64,000 nucleotides of DNA from Raillietiella orientalis (taxonomy: Eukaryota). The stretch spans positions 930,001 through 994,000 of the forward strand of contig JAYWIR010000018.1 in the NCBI GenBank assembly GCA_036172245.1, written 5' to 3'. This document shows, one piece after another, positions 26,133 to 40,399 of the stretch. The notes under the pieces were generated by a model. That model made no database searches. It was not told the origin of the DNA and was given only the letters and a program-made list of their open reading frames with translations. Both the position numbers and the translations under genes were made by a program. Position 1 is the first letter of the stretch. Each line of letters starts with the position of its first letter.

Positions 26133-29100
26133 GGCATGTGCTGCGAAAGGCGATTTCAAAGCACGCCGCCGGACACGCCATGTCCTCCTGCAAGGCGTTT
26201 TTCTTTCACCATAAAAGCCCTCGTACGAAACGGAACGCGAACCAATCTTTTCAAGAGTACCACCGAAGGACTTGGGCTAACAGGAAGCTGCTTCGAGAGT
26301 GCCTGGTAGATTGGTAACCAGAAAACCAGAGGAATACACTCGCGGCGAGACGGGCGCATCGCGACTGCGAATCGGGGACCTTTGCATTTTGAGGGTTCGA
26401 AAAACATTCCAAAGCACTTCCAACGCCCAACGTTCCTGAAACACGTACACGTGTCGGGCGGACCGATCCTGAGCTGAACCGACAACTCCTACCTAGGATG
26501 TGGGATCTCCTCCTTCAACCTTCCGGGGCGTGCAACACATCCCTTCTGCATGAAGTACTTGGAAAATGAACGAAACGCCAAAAGCGTCGGAGAGAAGAAG
26601 ACTGACCACGTAACGCAAAGATGCGGAAGACCCCCCCCCCCCCCCCCCACGCATATGCTGTGAAGCCAACTCGATCAAATTTCGCCATGCCAACCGCCGA
26701 GCTCACCCGCTGGATTCTCTAAATGAAGGGATCGTGTTCCGGATCGGCTCGGAGGACGATGGGGGAGGAAACCCGTAGGTTGGTTACCTTTAGATTCGGA
26801 ATGGCCGCAAGATTTCTCCAAGCAATCAGAATGAGCAAAAATATCTCCCTGGCGACAAACTTTCCACGCAGCCTCCGCGCACGGAGCCCGGAGACAGTCC
26901 CCCGCCAGCGAGAAAGAGCAATCTAAATCGGACACGTCAAATTTCCAGGATGGCGTTCGACAACCTGAAGCAGCGGAAACGCTAGAGAGATGCTGATGCC
27001 CTGGAAAGATCCGGCAAACTGCAAAGTTCTCTGAAAAGATCGTTCGTTTAAGATCTCCTGCCCTTTGTGCGAACACTCGAGGTGAATTTCAAATTTTGCC
27101 TCCGTAAAAGCAAAACTTACTTTCACAAGTTGTTACGGGCCGGGCTCGGATTTCACCAGGGTTGCAGACATGATGATGCTTAGGATACCAAACGATAGCA
27201 AAAATGACAAAAGGAGAAAACTCGTCGGGAGTCAGAGAACAAATGCAAAATTAGCCTTGGGGTATTGGGAGGCGGTTCGACTGACGAAGCCGTTTCGTTA
27301 TCGTGGAATACAAAGGTGGCCAACAACTAGAAAACAGTCCTTACTACTTTTTAGTTTTGGAAAATCTGAAAACATGGAAAGAAAACGAACATTAAACCAT
27401 GCAGTCGAACTTGGGAAAAAGTATTCGTTCAAAAAGTAATGCGAAAAAAAAAAAAAAAAACGCGGCGAAACGAAAACGCGGAGCAGTGTGACGTGAAAAC
27501 ACACGTTGGCCTTTGAGGTTTGCTCTCTGAGGTGCAGGAAGGGCGGCTGCTCTCCTGAGAGGGTCTTTGAAAACGTTTCCGAGTGGTCGCGTGGCGACCA
27601 CAGCGCCGCATCCACAGACACCTGTTAACGTGAAGATGCAGATGATGGCCGCTTTGGTTCCCGTGCAGCACGAGAAATTCAAAACCAGGTGAACTGACAT
27701 CCCGGCAGCATCACGAATTCTACAATAAGCTGATGGGCTTCCACTCGTATCATGGCCTGATACACATGTATTCGCAGTAGTAGTAGTAGTGGCATATACT
27801 TGGTAGCTCGGCCTCGCCTCGTACTGGATAATCCGTGAAACGGCACTGATGTTAGCATGAAACATCTCCCAGTTCAATGATTATCGAGAGACGGGAGGGA
27901 TTCTGAAACGCTTGCCACGAGCAGCATCCCGAAGCAAAATAACAGCGATAGGAGTTTGGAATGATTATCCCATGCAAAGTAAGCTCAAAGCACAATTAAG
28001 TCGAGCAAAACATGATGGGGGGGGGGGGGAGGTGAAACACAGACACAGACACACCAAAGACATGAATAATAAATAAAGCGAATTCACGAAATCATGCATG
28101 AAATCAGTGGAATATCGGGTTCAAAATTCACATCTGGGCATAGCATTTACGACGCAGAGTTCGAAAGTGAGCCAATGCGGGAAAACACCTTTAATCACTC
28201 GGAAAGAAAGATTACCGACAAGTCACATCTCTTAGAACACATGAATACATCTGCTCGAAAAAAAAAAAAAAACACCGAAACGATTATCCATACCGGAAGA
28301 TCTAATGAGCAGCTTCCGATGAACAATAATCGCCCATTCCTGGACGACTCCCCCTCACGTCCCAGAAATCCCAGAATGCACAACTTATTCCTCCGAATTA
28401 CTTAGCATTCGTCTACGTATTCCACTGGGATGTGTAAGAAACGAAATTACTCGAAGGCTCGTGTACCCTTCACAACCTTTTGGAGCTTCACGAAGCTATT
28501 ATAAACAGATCATGACATTTATAAATAATGGCAATTTATTCTCCGCTCGATTCCGATCCGCAAATGGGGGGGGGGGAGGTGAATGTGGCAGATAAAAGTA
28601 AAACGTGCACCCTCGTAAAAATGCTGATTGCTCCCATCAAGGCTGGGACGCCTAGGTGCCACCGACACAGACAAATGCCGACGGCGTGCTGCGGTGTCGA
28701 ACCCACGTCCCACACGGCACGCAAGACCGGGGGGGCCGCTGCGGAGAGAGGTGAACCTCGGTCGAGGGCGGACTGCTCTGTGCAACCGGGCGAAAGGCAG
28801 AAAGCTGCGGAGGGGGAAACTTTTTACTTCGACCCGGGCTGCTTGCCACACGCACTGCACGAGAAATCTCGGACATCCTCGCCTCGGGTTCCCCCCGTCA
28901 GAAGCAGAAGGGGGGGAACCCTCCGCTACGGTCCCACTCTTGGAGCAGGAACTTTCCTTTCGGGGAAGCAAGTGGCCTGGACTCGGATAATTTCACAAAG
29001 CCGTTACTTTTCACGCAGATTGGCATCACAAGGAATCCATTACTTCCTCCCGATCAAAATACGCCGTTCGTATTCCACGAGACGATTACACGTAGGCATT

Positions 29101-29560
29101 CCAAGATCGGAAATGAGATGCAGGTCCCCGCCATAGCTGGACCAGTCACACAAGGTCCGATAGACTGCTCGAGTCACTGTAAGAACTACTACTGCCACCA
29201 GTTCTGGCATGGAAAAGGGATTTCGAAAGTTGGGGAGGATCTTCCCATGGGCGAGGGCGGGTGCGTGCACTCTCCCCTTACGCGGACCACGTAGGCAAAC
29301 TCAAGAAATGCAAAATGAGAGACCTCAGGCGGGTGGTCACAAAAAGACAACTGCTGTTGCTGCTGCAGGGTTTCGGATGGCCAGCATTCCGCGTGCTCTC
29401 CGTGGTGTACCAGCGACGACGCGTGCAGGCAAGGAGCACAGCGGAGGATCCATCTGGACCGTTATTCTGTCGCGAGGAGAGTCGCTCCAAATCTTTCGAA
29501 CGCAGAATTGCAAATTTCACACACATTTAACGTTTTCCGTATCACGCTGGTCGTTCGCAA
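26130..29560 (-). mobile_element. Decayed I/Jockey-like LINE upstream of the brat coding exon
   Basis: Expected domain order on the minus strand: ORF1-like AVRPRP..LR; APE start LNWEMFHANI near 27870; linker WKFDVSDL (cf. W.F.KADW); RT start QLPVSPSPSVVLLKRLV. Confidence 0.5.
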
Positions 29561-32404
29561 TGATGGACTTTTGGCACAAAACCCTTTTTTTTTCTTTTTT
29601 TTTTTTTCTTTTTTTTTTTTACAAAAAAAAGACATGTGATCAATGCAAAGGAAAAATCGCATGACTTGTTTTTTGTTTTTTGTTGTTTTTTTTTGGCTGT
29701 CAGCCTCGACCAATTTATTTTGGCAATTAAGGATTGAATTACCACTTGCAGACTGAATGCCGAATGAGCTGCATGCAGACGGACAGCGGTCAATTTCTGA
29801 ATCGAAAGCAAAGAGAGGATTCACCCTTTCTTTGCTTACCGTCAGAGACTCGAGGAATTGAATATATCTGGAAGACTGCACGATTCCCGAAAGTTGAAAT
29901 AAAATGTATCGTAAACTGGGAAGCGTTCCACAAAAAAAAAAAAAAAAAAAAAATCCGACGATAAACGCATGCAAGCTACGTGTGCCGTTTTTCTTTTTTC
30001 CTTTTTTCCCCCTTTTTTGTTTCAGTGGAGGGGGGGGGAGGACTTGTCAAAATTTAGAAAGAAATCCTTTGTGCGAATTCGTTACTCCAACGGAAAAGGA
30101 GAAAACATATGGTATGTAACACAGACATATGCTACATTCGCAGGATTACCATAAATCCGACAGGAGGAAAACGGTTTCGAAGAATTTCGAAAAGCACAGT
30201 GCAAAAGAAAACTTGTTTGGGAACAAACAAACAAACAAGCAGACAAAAAAAAAAAAAAAGAAAACTTACCGTGTCATTGCTTCATTCTTTTTTTCATCTT
30301 TATTAAAGGCAAAAAAAAAAAAAAGAAGAGAAAGAAGAGAAGGGAGGGTGGGGGAGTGGGGGGTGGCTGAGTCGAGAAACTCCTACCAGCAGGAGGAATT
30401 CACAAGACTCGAACGGGAAACAAGGGAACGATGATGCTGCTGCTGAGAGGAGCACAGGAGCATGGGAACAGTGACATGTAGCCAAAGAACTACGTGCGAT
30501 TCGCATCAACAAGTACCCTTTCCAAAAACGCTCACTAGGAACGCAGGGTTGCGCTCACCATAAATAACAGGGAAGGCATAGAAGCAGCTAACGCAATCCC
30601 GCTTCTGCGCACATCTCAGCTTTAATCCTCGTTCCCGTGTTCCTCCTTCCTTCCCGCCAAGCGAAACTCGGCTTCCGATATCCAACTTGTTGCTATGGCA
30701 ACCGGCTCGGAGGGCGCCGGTTCCAGAAAGTCCGAATATTGACAGACGACACGGGGGGGGGGGGAGGAGGGAGGGAAAGAGGGAGGGAGGGGAAACACCT
30801 TGCCAAAAATCGAGGCATGCGTTTCACGAGACAGTTATCCGAAAATTTCTCGGTCGCTAAAAACTTGTCACAAGGCAGGACGATGCCTACTTTTCTTTTT
30901 TTTTTTTTCCTTTTTTTCTTTTTCCTGCTTATCCCAAGCTGACAACTGTTGCTCGCGACCAAAGTTGTTCGATCCCATAATTTATCGGAAATCAGCTGTT
31001 TAAGAACGGCGTCTAATAAATACCACGCGGGAATCACCCATCCGATCCCCCCCCCCCCTTCTGCAGGATTATCGTTATTTATCAGATTCCGATCGGACGT
31101 GTCCCTACACCAACTGATAAACATCGAACGGATGGCATTATGCGCTGATGATAAAAACTTGCTTTGTTGTTTTCCTACGAACGAAGACTCCTTTTGTTCT
31201 CTTACATTTTAACTTTCCTTTTTTCCTTTTTTTTTGTTTTTTTTTTTTTTAAGGGGAGGGGGGGGGGGATTCCCTGGTCAGTCCGTTCGGTTCCTTCCGC
31301 CCGAACGCGGACGGCTGAATTTTTCGATCCATCGCACACGCAAAAACACCACATACACACATCACCCACATGCACATGCGCGACACTCCGCAGTGTGCAC
31401 ACCGCGTGAGCGTTCACTACCCTCTGGGCATGCACACTTTTCTTCACCCCCTTCACCATCGGCTGAAAATCAGCGAGCAGATCGGAAAAACCCAAACGGA
31501 AACTTTCCACAGTATGGATTCCATACAGCTTTCATCCGCTTTCACATCGAAGCCTTTACAGAAATCATCAATACAAACTCCACAGCATTCCTTTTTCACA
31601 TTCGTCTTACTCGAATCAGATATGCGAAAAATATATATACATATACATAGATATGCATTGCCACAGAATCGATACATTTCCACTGCATACACCATCAATG
31701 GGGGGGGGAGGGAGGGAGGGAACCATGGCTTCCACTTGAGGCGAGCATTCTAACACTCTTCCCGTTATGGATCTTTTTTGGAACACAGTTTTTCTACATT
31801 ATCTTTCGAATTTGATTGCAATTTCTTAAGATTACAACGTAACTTATAAAGCACCTCAAGTGAAACTGACATACTGTCAACTGAATGTGCAAACGAAATA
31901 TCACTGATTTTTTTTTTTTTTTCCGCTCACGTTTGCACCATGAACGCAACCACAGGAAACACTCCCCCCCCCCCCCCCCCCACTCCTTCCACAAAACCTA
32001 AGGAAGACAAATTACAAATACGACAATAAAACCCAACTAGCAACGGTATTCGGTTTTACGGGGCATGGAGGGTTACCCGGGAGAGAGAATATAGATCGAG
32101 TGCATTAATCCTCAATACTTTAAAACAGGATAGGCCTCCGGCAGCGGCGGCAACGGCTGCTGTCGTACAAAAGACGCATTCGATCCCCAACCCGAAACTT
32201 GCGAGGCAGCCTCCGGACCCGAAAGCGTCCGAAAGAGCAGGGCACCGCATCACCACGCTTCGGACTGCAGCAGCGCACCGCGCAGATGTTTCGTGTCTTT
32301 ACTTTTACTTAATCATGTTGAAAGGTTCGACTTTTGTTTCATGGCCGTCGGGAAAGGAAAAAGTCGAATCTTGCACAACGGAAAAAAGGAAAGCACAGCC
32401 ACAG

Positions 32405-32434
32405 CCACCACCACCACCACCACCACCACCACCA
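32405..32434. repeat. (CCA)n trinucleotide repeat
   Basis: About 9-10 tandem CCA units. Confidence 0.9.
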
Positions 32435-35400
32435 CAGACGCTGGTTGCGATGAGCACCGGCGCCAGGGAACCACACCGTCTCCTCCGTACTTCCGATACG
32501 AGTAGCTACTATTGCAAGGGCTTGGAAATTTGTCACTATGGCGGTGACGTAATGGGACGTATCACGCAATTTTGTTAATCAAGGTCGCCCAAGACTCGAG
32601 TGCGAAGGGAGGGAAAAATCAACTTTTGAAACATTCGTGCAAAAAGGAAAAAAAAAAGAAAAAAACAAAAAAAAAAGGGGGGGGGGGAACAGACACACAA
32701 ACATGGCTACATATCAACACGACAGAATTCCCCACGTACATGCATGCATGCTTCATTGAGGGAACCTAATGGCACCCTGGGACGTCGCGTTTGTACACAC
32801 ACAAACACAATTGTTTACCGACTTGGAAAACCACTGCGCCACCACGTACGAGCCACACAGCCACTTCTTTAACCCAAACCACATTTCGTGCAATTTCGAT
32901 TTCCTGCAATAATTGGAAAGCGTGACCTTGGCCCGATTATTTACACGTCCTTCAAGCAACACAACCCATGACAAAATAAAGAGCAGCCAGAAAATACCTT
33001 GAAGGAAGCTTCTGGGGCCCGGCACGTCGAGATCACGGAACAGGCACGCATACTTCTGAAGCAAGAGGTAACCTCCAAACTCTCAAAGAACACATAAAGG
33101 CAACGCTTCGTCGGGGAGCCTTCCGGTAGTACTGCATGTGTTAACAGTCTTTGTTCTCCTTTCAGCTGTCCGCTATTGTCCTAACGGCTCACATGAATCG
33201 GTGAAATGCATGGCAAGTCGAAGCATCCTTCAGCATCCAAGGCAGTGACGCTTTGCTCTGCAAACGTGGGAATCTGATCGTCTGTAGCAAAATTGAAGAA
33301 GTGCCTTAAAATGCAAGCCCACGCGAAAATAACGTTCACATTCTCCAAGTAGCCAGACTTATCAGCAAACACCCAAGGTAAAGGTTATGGGCTGGAAAAA
33401 AAAAAAAAACGAATCTACCACAAATTGCTGTATTGCCCAATTTTGAGAATTCAATATCGTAAACAGTCCACAACACCCTTTGCACGATCCTTGCCTCAGC
33501 CATGAAAGCCATTTGGTATTGGTATCACATTAACGTTCTACCCACCGTGCATGTTTCACCATCCTAATCAAACTGACGGCACGACGTTTCAATTACACAT
33601 TTACCCACATCATATGTGTGTACAGAATGTGTGTCTGTTTGAGTATTATGTTGTGCTAATTCATTGCTTCTAAAACTGGTATGGGTTATTTTTTGCATAT
33701 TAAATACACATTTCCACACATTGCATGGGTATGTAGAGAAATAAGGAAAGCACATGCATCCATATTTGGGTACATCATGCATCACACACGTTCACATTAT
33801 GTGCACAAAGTTTACATACACCATTTGAATATTCACAGCCCATTATTCTGAGCAATTCAAGTCTACAGCCTATAAAAAAAGGAAACGCAATAAGGCTAAA
33901 CATTATAAAAACTAAAGCACTTTCTGTATGCATTTATGATAAAAAAAAAAAAAAAAAAAAAGGCCCAGCTATCTGAAATTTTCACTTCAAGTTGGCACCA
34001 AATTTTATGATTTCCTTGTGAAAGTGTTTTACAACATTAGTGCTATATAATCACACACAAATTCATTCACATGTGATGCTGTAAGTGATTCATGCATGTT
34101 AAAATCCTTTATTGCAGTGGATAAACTCACACAAAATGTTTTGTAGAATAAAATGTAAACTGTGCATCATCTACAGTCACAGACATACTTTTCAATAAAG
34201 CATGTTTGCAAAAAGAATTGCAAACTCAACACAAAATTTACCAATTGTGTGCACATATTTGTACCACAGTCATTCCATCCTAATGCTGAAGGTGAATACT
34301 GCTGATGGGTTTACTTCAAACTTACTGATTATGCACTGATTAAACTTTTCACTCTTTCTCTGAGCAACAGCAGGTCACTGTGCATTCTTCAGTTTGCATT
34401 TCACGAGCAGCTTACTAAAATACTGCCTCTTTCCTTTTTTCGTTTTTCAATTCCCTCACTTCCAATATTGTTTTGTCAAATAGGAAACTAATCATAAAAT
34501 CACAATCAGCATGTAATTCTCCTTGAATCTCTTTTGTTTGTGATTATACCTTATTATTAAAATGATGAAATCCCTCCATTTTAGTCAGCTTTGCAGATGA
34601 GAAATAATACTGTACCAAATTTCATAAAAACAGATGATACATCGTGAAAGTAGACGGGAAACTTTCACAGAAACAGCACTTCACAGGGTTGATCTTTGCA
34701 TGTATACCTTACTTGACAACACATTGATCATGTAGTTGCTTTTCAAACAAGCACCATGTGACTATTTTAAGAACCAAATTTCCCATGCAAGCCAGGTCAC
34801 CATGATGACCGAGGACAATCAAAGATTTGCTGTTATTCACACTTGAGATTATAAAAGCACCGCGTTTCAAACAGCTGACGGATCACTTGGAGCTTCCATC
34901 AGTCATCTGAGGCTGGCATCCTCTTGTCTTGGTGTGGGGGACTGTGAAATTTCTATTAATTAACCACAAACATCTCTACCAATCTTTTTTTATGTATTTA
35001 GTAATCTTGAAACCCGGAAAACAGAGAATCCATAGGAGAGCAAAAGCAATGTGATTGCACAGGAATGCATCTAAAAGTCTACTGTTAAAAGTTAATTTCC
35101 AGACTCAAAGTTAACAGGTCAGAGAAGGAGTGATAAAGAAGCATTCATTTGGTTAGAAAAGCTTTTCAAGAAGAGCTGAAACCGTCATAAGTAGGTTTGA
35201 CCTGCAATCGCAAAAAAAAAAAAAAAAAAATGAAATAAAACAAAAAGTAAAACCTTCATTTAAAATTCTCAGACCATGTTTAATAAAAAAAATAAATCAA
35301 GTATCTTAATCCTAAAGGTACCATAGTAATTGGATACCTGTCACACTTACCCAAATAAGGAACATGCTTTTACATAGTGTTTTCATACATTGATTTCAAA

Positions 35401-35699
35401 TTATTCAATAACAGAAATAAGCAACAGCTTTATTCGCCTCGACCGGAGAAGAAGAAAACGTTAAGAAATGGAACGAAACGAAGTTGGGAGTCAGTTATGG
35501 GTCACGGCGTATTTTATTTGTTCTTTGTAGGAAATTAGAGGAAATACAGGAATTACACCTTGCTGGTTTTACATTTAAGTATTTCTCACTATGCTTTCAT
35601 ATTTATCCTTTGAAAAAAAAAAAAAAAAAAAAGGCCTTTCGAAATGTTTGACATTATTTCAAACCTTATATTAAGGTTCAGTATTTAGAAAACGTTCTT

Positions 35700-36420
35700 T
35701 TTTTCTCTTTGCTTTTCTCTGAGAGGTATGAATTTTGAAACGTTGGCAGCTCTTTCATACAACGAACATACTTTCAAAATTGAATCAAAGCAAATTTCAA
35801 AACTTCAATATCACCATGTTACTATCGTACAAAGTGGCCACAGAGCTTTCAAAACTGGCTGTAAGGAATCGATTTTTTTTTCTTCTACAGTTGAGCCTCT
35901 CGGGAAATTCATTACTTTTTAAAGATCAGTGGTATTCGCTAGCGTTCATATTCATTCAGGTACCTTTACCAAACTATTAGATAACTTCTGGGACATCATA
36001 ATTTTATTTGTGCACATACGAGAGATACATAAAAACAGTTATCTATCATCATTCCAGCTGAATTTCATCCACTTTGGCTTCCAAAAGAAGCATTTTTCGA
36101 TTGAATGATTTCCTTCTTAAATTTCGCATCTCAGATGACAAAACTCATCTCTGACACCAGAATCCAGTTAAGGTAACCCATCTTCTTTAAGTGAAACCGA
36201 ACAGCTTTCAACCTGTTGCAATACATTGATAATTGTGTTCATGATGAACCTCATGAAAGCTTGTACTTTTTTTTGTTTCATCTTCCATGAACATCCCCGA
36301 CATCTGCTTCTTCAGCTCCGGCTTCTTATAGTTCATCATGAGATTTTCGTTACTTCTTGATTTCAACCTGGATAAACTCTTGCTTGATAGACTCATCTTC
36401 GCGTTGCCTAGAAATGTGAC
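35700..36420 (-). mobile_element. Possible LINE ORF1 coiled-coil remnant (CR1/L2-like)
   Basis: LEAKVDEIQLE**IDNCFLCIS near 36030-36090 resembles LE.KVDELEQ.SR..NL.I.G; preceded by a Lys/Glu-rich open stretch. Confidence 0.3.
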
Positions 36421-39189
36421 GACGGTTTTTCTGCTCACCGTATGCTAAAAGAATCCTTGACTCGATTCCGTGGGTTTGTCCCGTGCTTTTTTCTCTCTCT
36501 CTTTCTCTCCCCCCCTCTCCCTCTCCCTCTCTCTCTCTCCCCCACCTCCCTGCATCAACTTATTCCAAGGAAAACGGAAAATTCTAATAAAAACTGTTCA
36601 GTGAATGGCTGTAAATTAATGTTCCTTCTCAAATGAACAGGCGATGTCCAAATCTGCTATTCTCCAAAGTATGCAAAGTTACAGACTTTGAAAACGTTTC
36701 CATTAAAGCATCATTTCAGCTCCCATCATTTGTGCTTTCGTGGTTTTCCTCACTGTGGCCAATTGAACATATTGGTAATTTGGCTCAAGGTAGAGTGACC
36801 AAAGTTTTCCTGGAGGAATTTTCACACTCTTCTTTATACAGAAGTATAGAAGAATAGGTTTTCTTGAATTCTGTTTATGATATGCCAAGTATGTAAAAAT
36901 GATTACATAATATGGATGACAACGGCGAGTTCATCCATTACTTCCTTGAAGCTTTTGGTATGTGAGTAGCTTCTGAATCAGTGGAGATCGTTGGTTCCGT
37001 GCATCCGAATAGCAGATTCAAATTCTTTAAATTGCCTTTTAATGGAAAAGGAATGGAAGGAAGCTTCATCTTTCGCTCTGAAAAATGGTTCATTTTTTTT
37101 TTTTTTGTCTTTTAGCTTTCGCAAAAACGATGGACAGCAAGCAAGTATTTACAGCATTCTAAACAGCTCATCTAAATGCATAAACTAAATGCTCTCAAAA
37201 AGAGAGAATAAAAAATAAATAAATAATAATCTAAAAAAGAGCTTATTAATAACTTTAAGCAATTACTCGGTAACATTCCTTTGAGCACTGGCTGCATGCA
37301 AAAAGTGCCACGCTGCAGCTCCAGTCCAGGGTTTCGTTCTCATTTCCCGGAGATCTTTCCTGTGATTCCTTATTGCTATGATTACTTTTACTACCGCGGA
37401 GAAGTGGATAAAAGCTTTGGGTCTTTTTTTTTTCCCTCTCCCCCATAACGTCGCCTGAACCTATATTGAAATGAGGCTGCACGTTAAGCAAGCCAAACAC
37501 TTTATGATTCCATTGCAGCAATAATCTCTGCATTCCTCCATTGCGAATTAGTTTTGAGGACCCCAGGCACAGAATAACTTGTAGCACTTGCTATGAACTT
37601 CCTGGTTCCTAGTTCTGATAACTATTAAGTGCTTTCCCAAACAGTGTTTCAGGTGATTACTGCTCACAAATTATCACCCAGTGTTATCACAAATGCAAGA
37701 GCAAGTTGCCGACAAGCGTAAATTGCAATTTACGGGTAATTACCACGCAACTTGACTGATCATGTTTTGTAGGTAATTCGTCCCACGAATCTTCGACATA
37801 AGCAGAGTCCCACGAGTGAACAAAGAACTACAATGTAGGTTACTCTGAACGTAAGTTTAAGGTGCCACGCACTAGCAATTAGTTTTGTAGCTTATTTATT
37901 TTTCTTTTATCAGAGCCAAGCTTTAATTTTCGTGCTTTTTATGGGGAAGCCTTTTTTCTTGCTCTTGAAAACACACACACACAAAAAAAAAAAACCGTTG
38001 CAACAGCGAATCTCCTGCATCGGAAGCAGAGACTCGACTTGTATTCTGAAAAATTTTTTTTTTTCCTCCAGGAAAATTTATTTGGTGAACTCTTGGACTT
38101 CCGTATAGGAAAAGTTTGTAAAAGTTCCTCACCGAAGCTTACGCTACGTTTGGTAAGTGACAGTTAGTAAATCATTAAACAGTCCTGAAGCAATAGCGGG
38201 AGAATTAATAACATTTAATCTCTCCCGAAGAAATCCCTCAATATGTTCATGTAATTGCTACGTGATCATCAATTTATTTTGAAAGCACGGAATTCTTGCC
38301 AAAGCATTCACTAAAAATGCACTTAGAGAAATCGAATTAAATACTTCAGAAGGAAAACAATCCGTTTTCAGCGTAGGATTTCAGGAAAGCTTCGTCTTTA
38401 CCCCGTTAAAATGCCTGTTTCTTCATTCTTCTAACCATTTTTTTCTTAGCTTTTATGTTATTTTATTTCCCCCCCACTGATTTACGAGAAGCGATAATGA
38501 GAAAAGATAAGAAACGGCAGTTCGTTTTCCGATTGTGAAGCTGCTAAAAGATGCAAAAATCCTACTCCGTTCAATCATCGTGGGAATATCGTTGGCGCTG
38601 TGAAATCTGGACCGAATCACCGGCATCTCCCATAACGAGAGGTACCGAGGCATCATTAACGACATTTAGAACGTTAATACCGATTTTATAATCACCAGGA
38701 ATCGGATCCTATAGAATTTACAATATTCACTTTCAATTCATAATAGCTTTAATGTTACAATAACACATAAGGTTAAGTGAATATAATTTTGTTAACATTA
38801 AATTCCGCATTAATATCCTAACCACAATATTTTTAAGGTCGAAAGTCGAACAGCTCTAATCTATGAAGAACACAAAAGTATAGCATAATGTATATTGCAC
38901 ATTTTTTTTTAAAAAAAAGAAGAAAGAAAGAAAGAAAAACTGAAATCCATCTCGTTAAAAACCATTCGAATCAATAAACAGCGAAACAAGGGAGGAACAG
39001 AAGAAATAACACACACAGAGAATTAGCTGGGAGCATTCCATGTCATTTGCCTGTGTACCGTGCAGCAGTGTGCATTACGTGACGTAAGAACGTCAGTGTT
39101 CCATGGTTGACTTGCCTCTTGCTCCTTCCCATTCCTGTGAAGACAGGCATGACGTCTTGAAAGCTTCCGACACGAGCTCCGTGAGCCTC

Positions 39190-39900
39190 GGACATGCTCA
39201 GCCTTGCTCTCGGTTACCTTCTGCAAGCGATGGTTCTTCCATTAGCTGCTTCGTGCTTTTACTTCCTGCTTTGCATTGCCTCATCATCTCTTTGCTCTCT
39301 GCTCGGACCCGGGAATCTTCGAGAAAGACCGACGCGGATCGGATGCCCGTGTGGATCTCGCTGTTTGCTGGGCCTTCCACAATGCCCACAATGTTCACAT
39401 GTGTCTTTCATCCCTCTTCCTGAGATATGCTCTGGCAGCTTTAGTCACGAATAATTAATCTCTGAAAATAACACAGAAGGGCTTATTGGATCTAGCGGTT
39501 TCCTGGATCTAATGAAGTTTGAGGGAAATTTCTCCTGAATATCGGACGTGGTTTATTAGATTGTTTCGGGACTAACCCGACTGATGCGGCTTCCATAAAA
39601 ATCAACATTATGTGCCCTTGAAGCACTGAATTCGCGCCGATCAGCTAGAGGAATACGTTGAAGAAAGGACCAAAGGAACCGCCGCCTTCTAGCCGCGGAT
39701 CACGAGAAAAGAGAGGGCTCTCCAGGAATGAGCCATGTGAATTTGAACATTTCCTGGAAAAGGTGCTGCACTTCATTTTGAGGAGTGACAAGCCACTTAC
39801 CCGGAACGGCTCAAGATATGGCATACACTGCTCAAGATATGCCGTGCACTGCGCTCAAGCAATTCTCGGGGAAGTGTCCGGGCCGGGAATGTAGCAGGTC
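39190..39900 (-). mobile_element. Decayed RTE-like LINE 3' end
   Basis: L.YGS remnant near 39595, then EHI..RDERH and IVEG...GIR...RAESKEM, resembling the RTE C-terminus GHI.RR...IIEG...RGRP...AEDR..W. Confidence 0.4.
39809..39859. repeat. Short ~21-bp tandem repeat (gctcaagatatg...cact), about 2.3 copies
   Basis: gctcaagatatggcatacact / gctcaagatatgccgtgcact / gcgctcaag. Confidence 0.8.
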
Positions 39901-40399
39901 AGGAGAGTCGGTGCTGCAGGCAGTGAAAGGAATTTCTAGCTGAAGTTTTGCTATGCAGAATCCTATTGCCATGGGATATCACGAGGTGCCACCGTCCTAT
40001 GAATCACCATCATATCCAATCGTCCCATGTGTGAGCGCGTTAAGCTCCTTTTGAAAAACGAATTTTGGGGCATTCATTAAATAATTATTGAATCAATCAG
40101 ATAATTATAAAGAAATCGATGTTTTTTCTTCTTCAATATGCAGCGTTGTCCCCCCCCCCCCCCGCTTTACGGTTTCGATTTGTCGCTATCGGATTTTAAG
40201 CATGCGGATGGCCTTCGAGGGATGCTTTTTGTGTGCCCCTCTGGTTGACCACATTCACTTGTGACGTCCTGTCCTACACGACTATAGTTTGCATGTAAGT
40301 CACAACTCGTTGAAACATCTTTCTAGCATCGAAGTCCATTCCTTACATCTTCCTGGAATTTGGAGATCCTGCCCACGCACTCTTCCAAGTCCACCTTGG

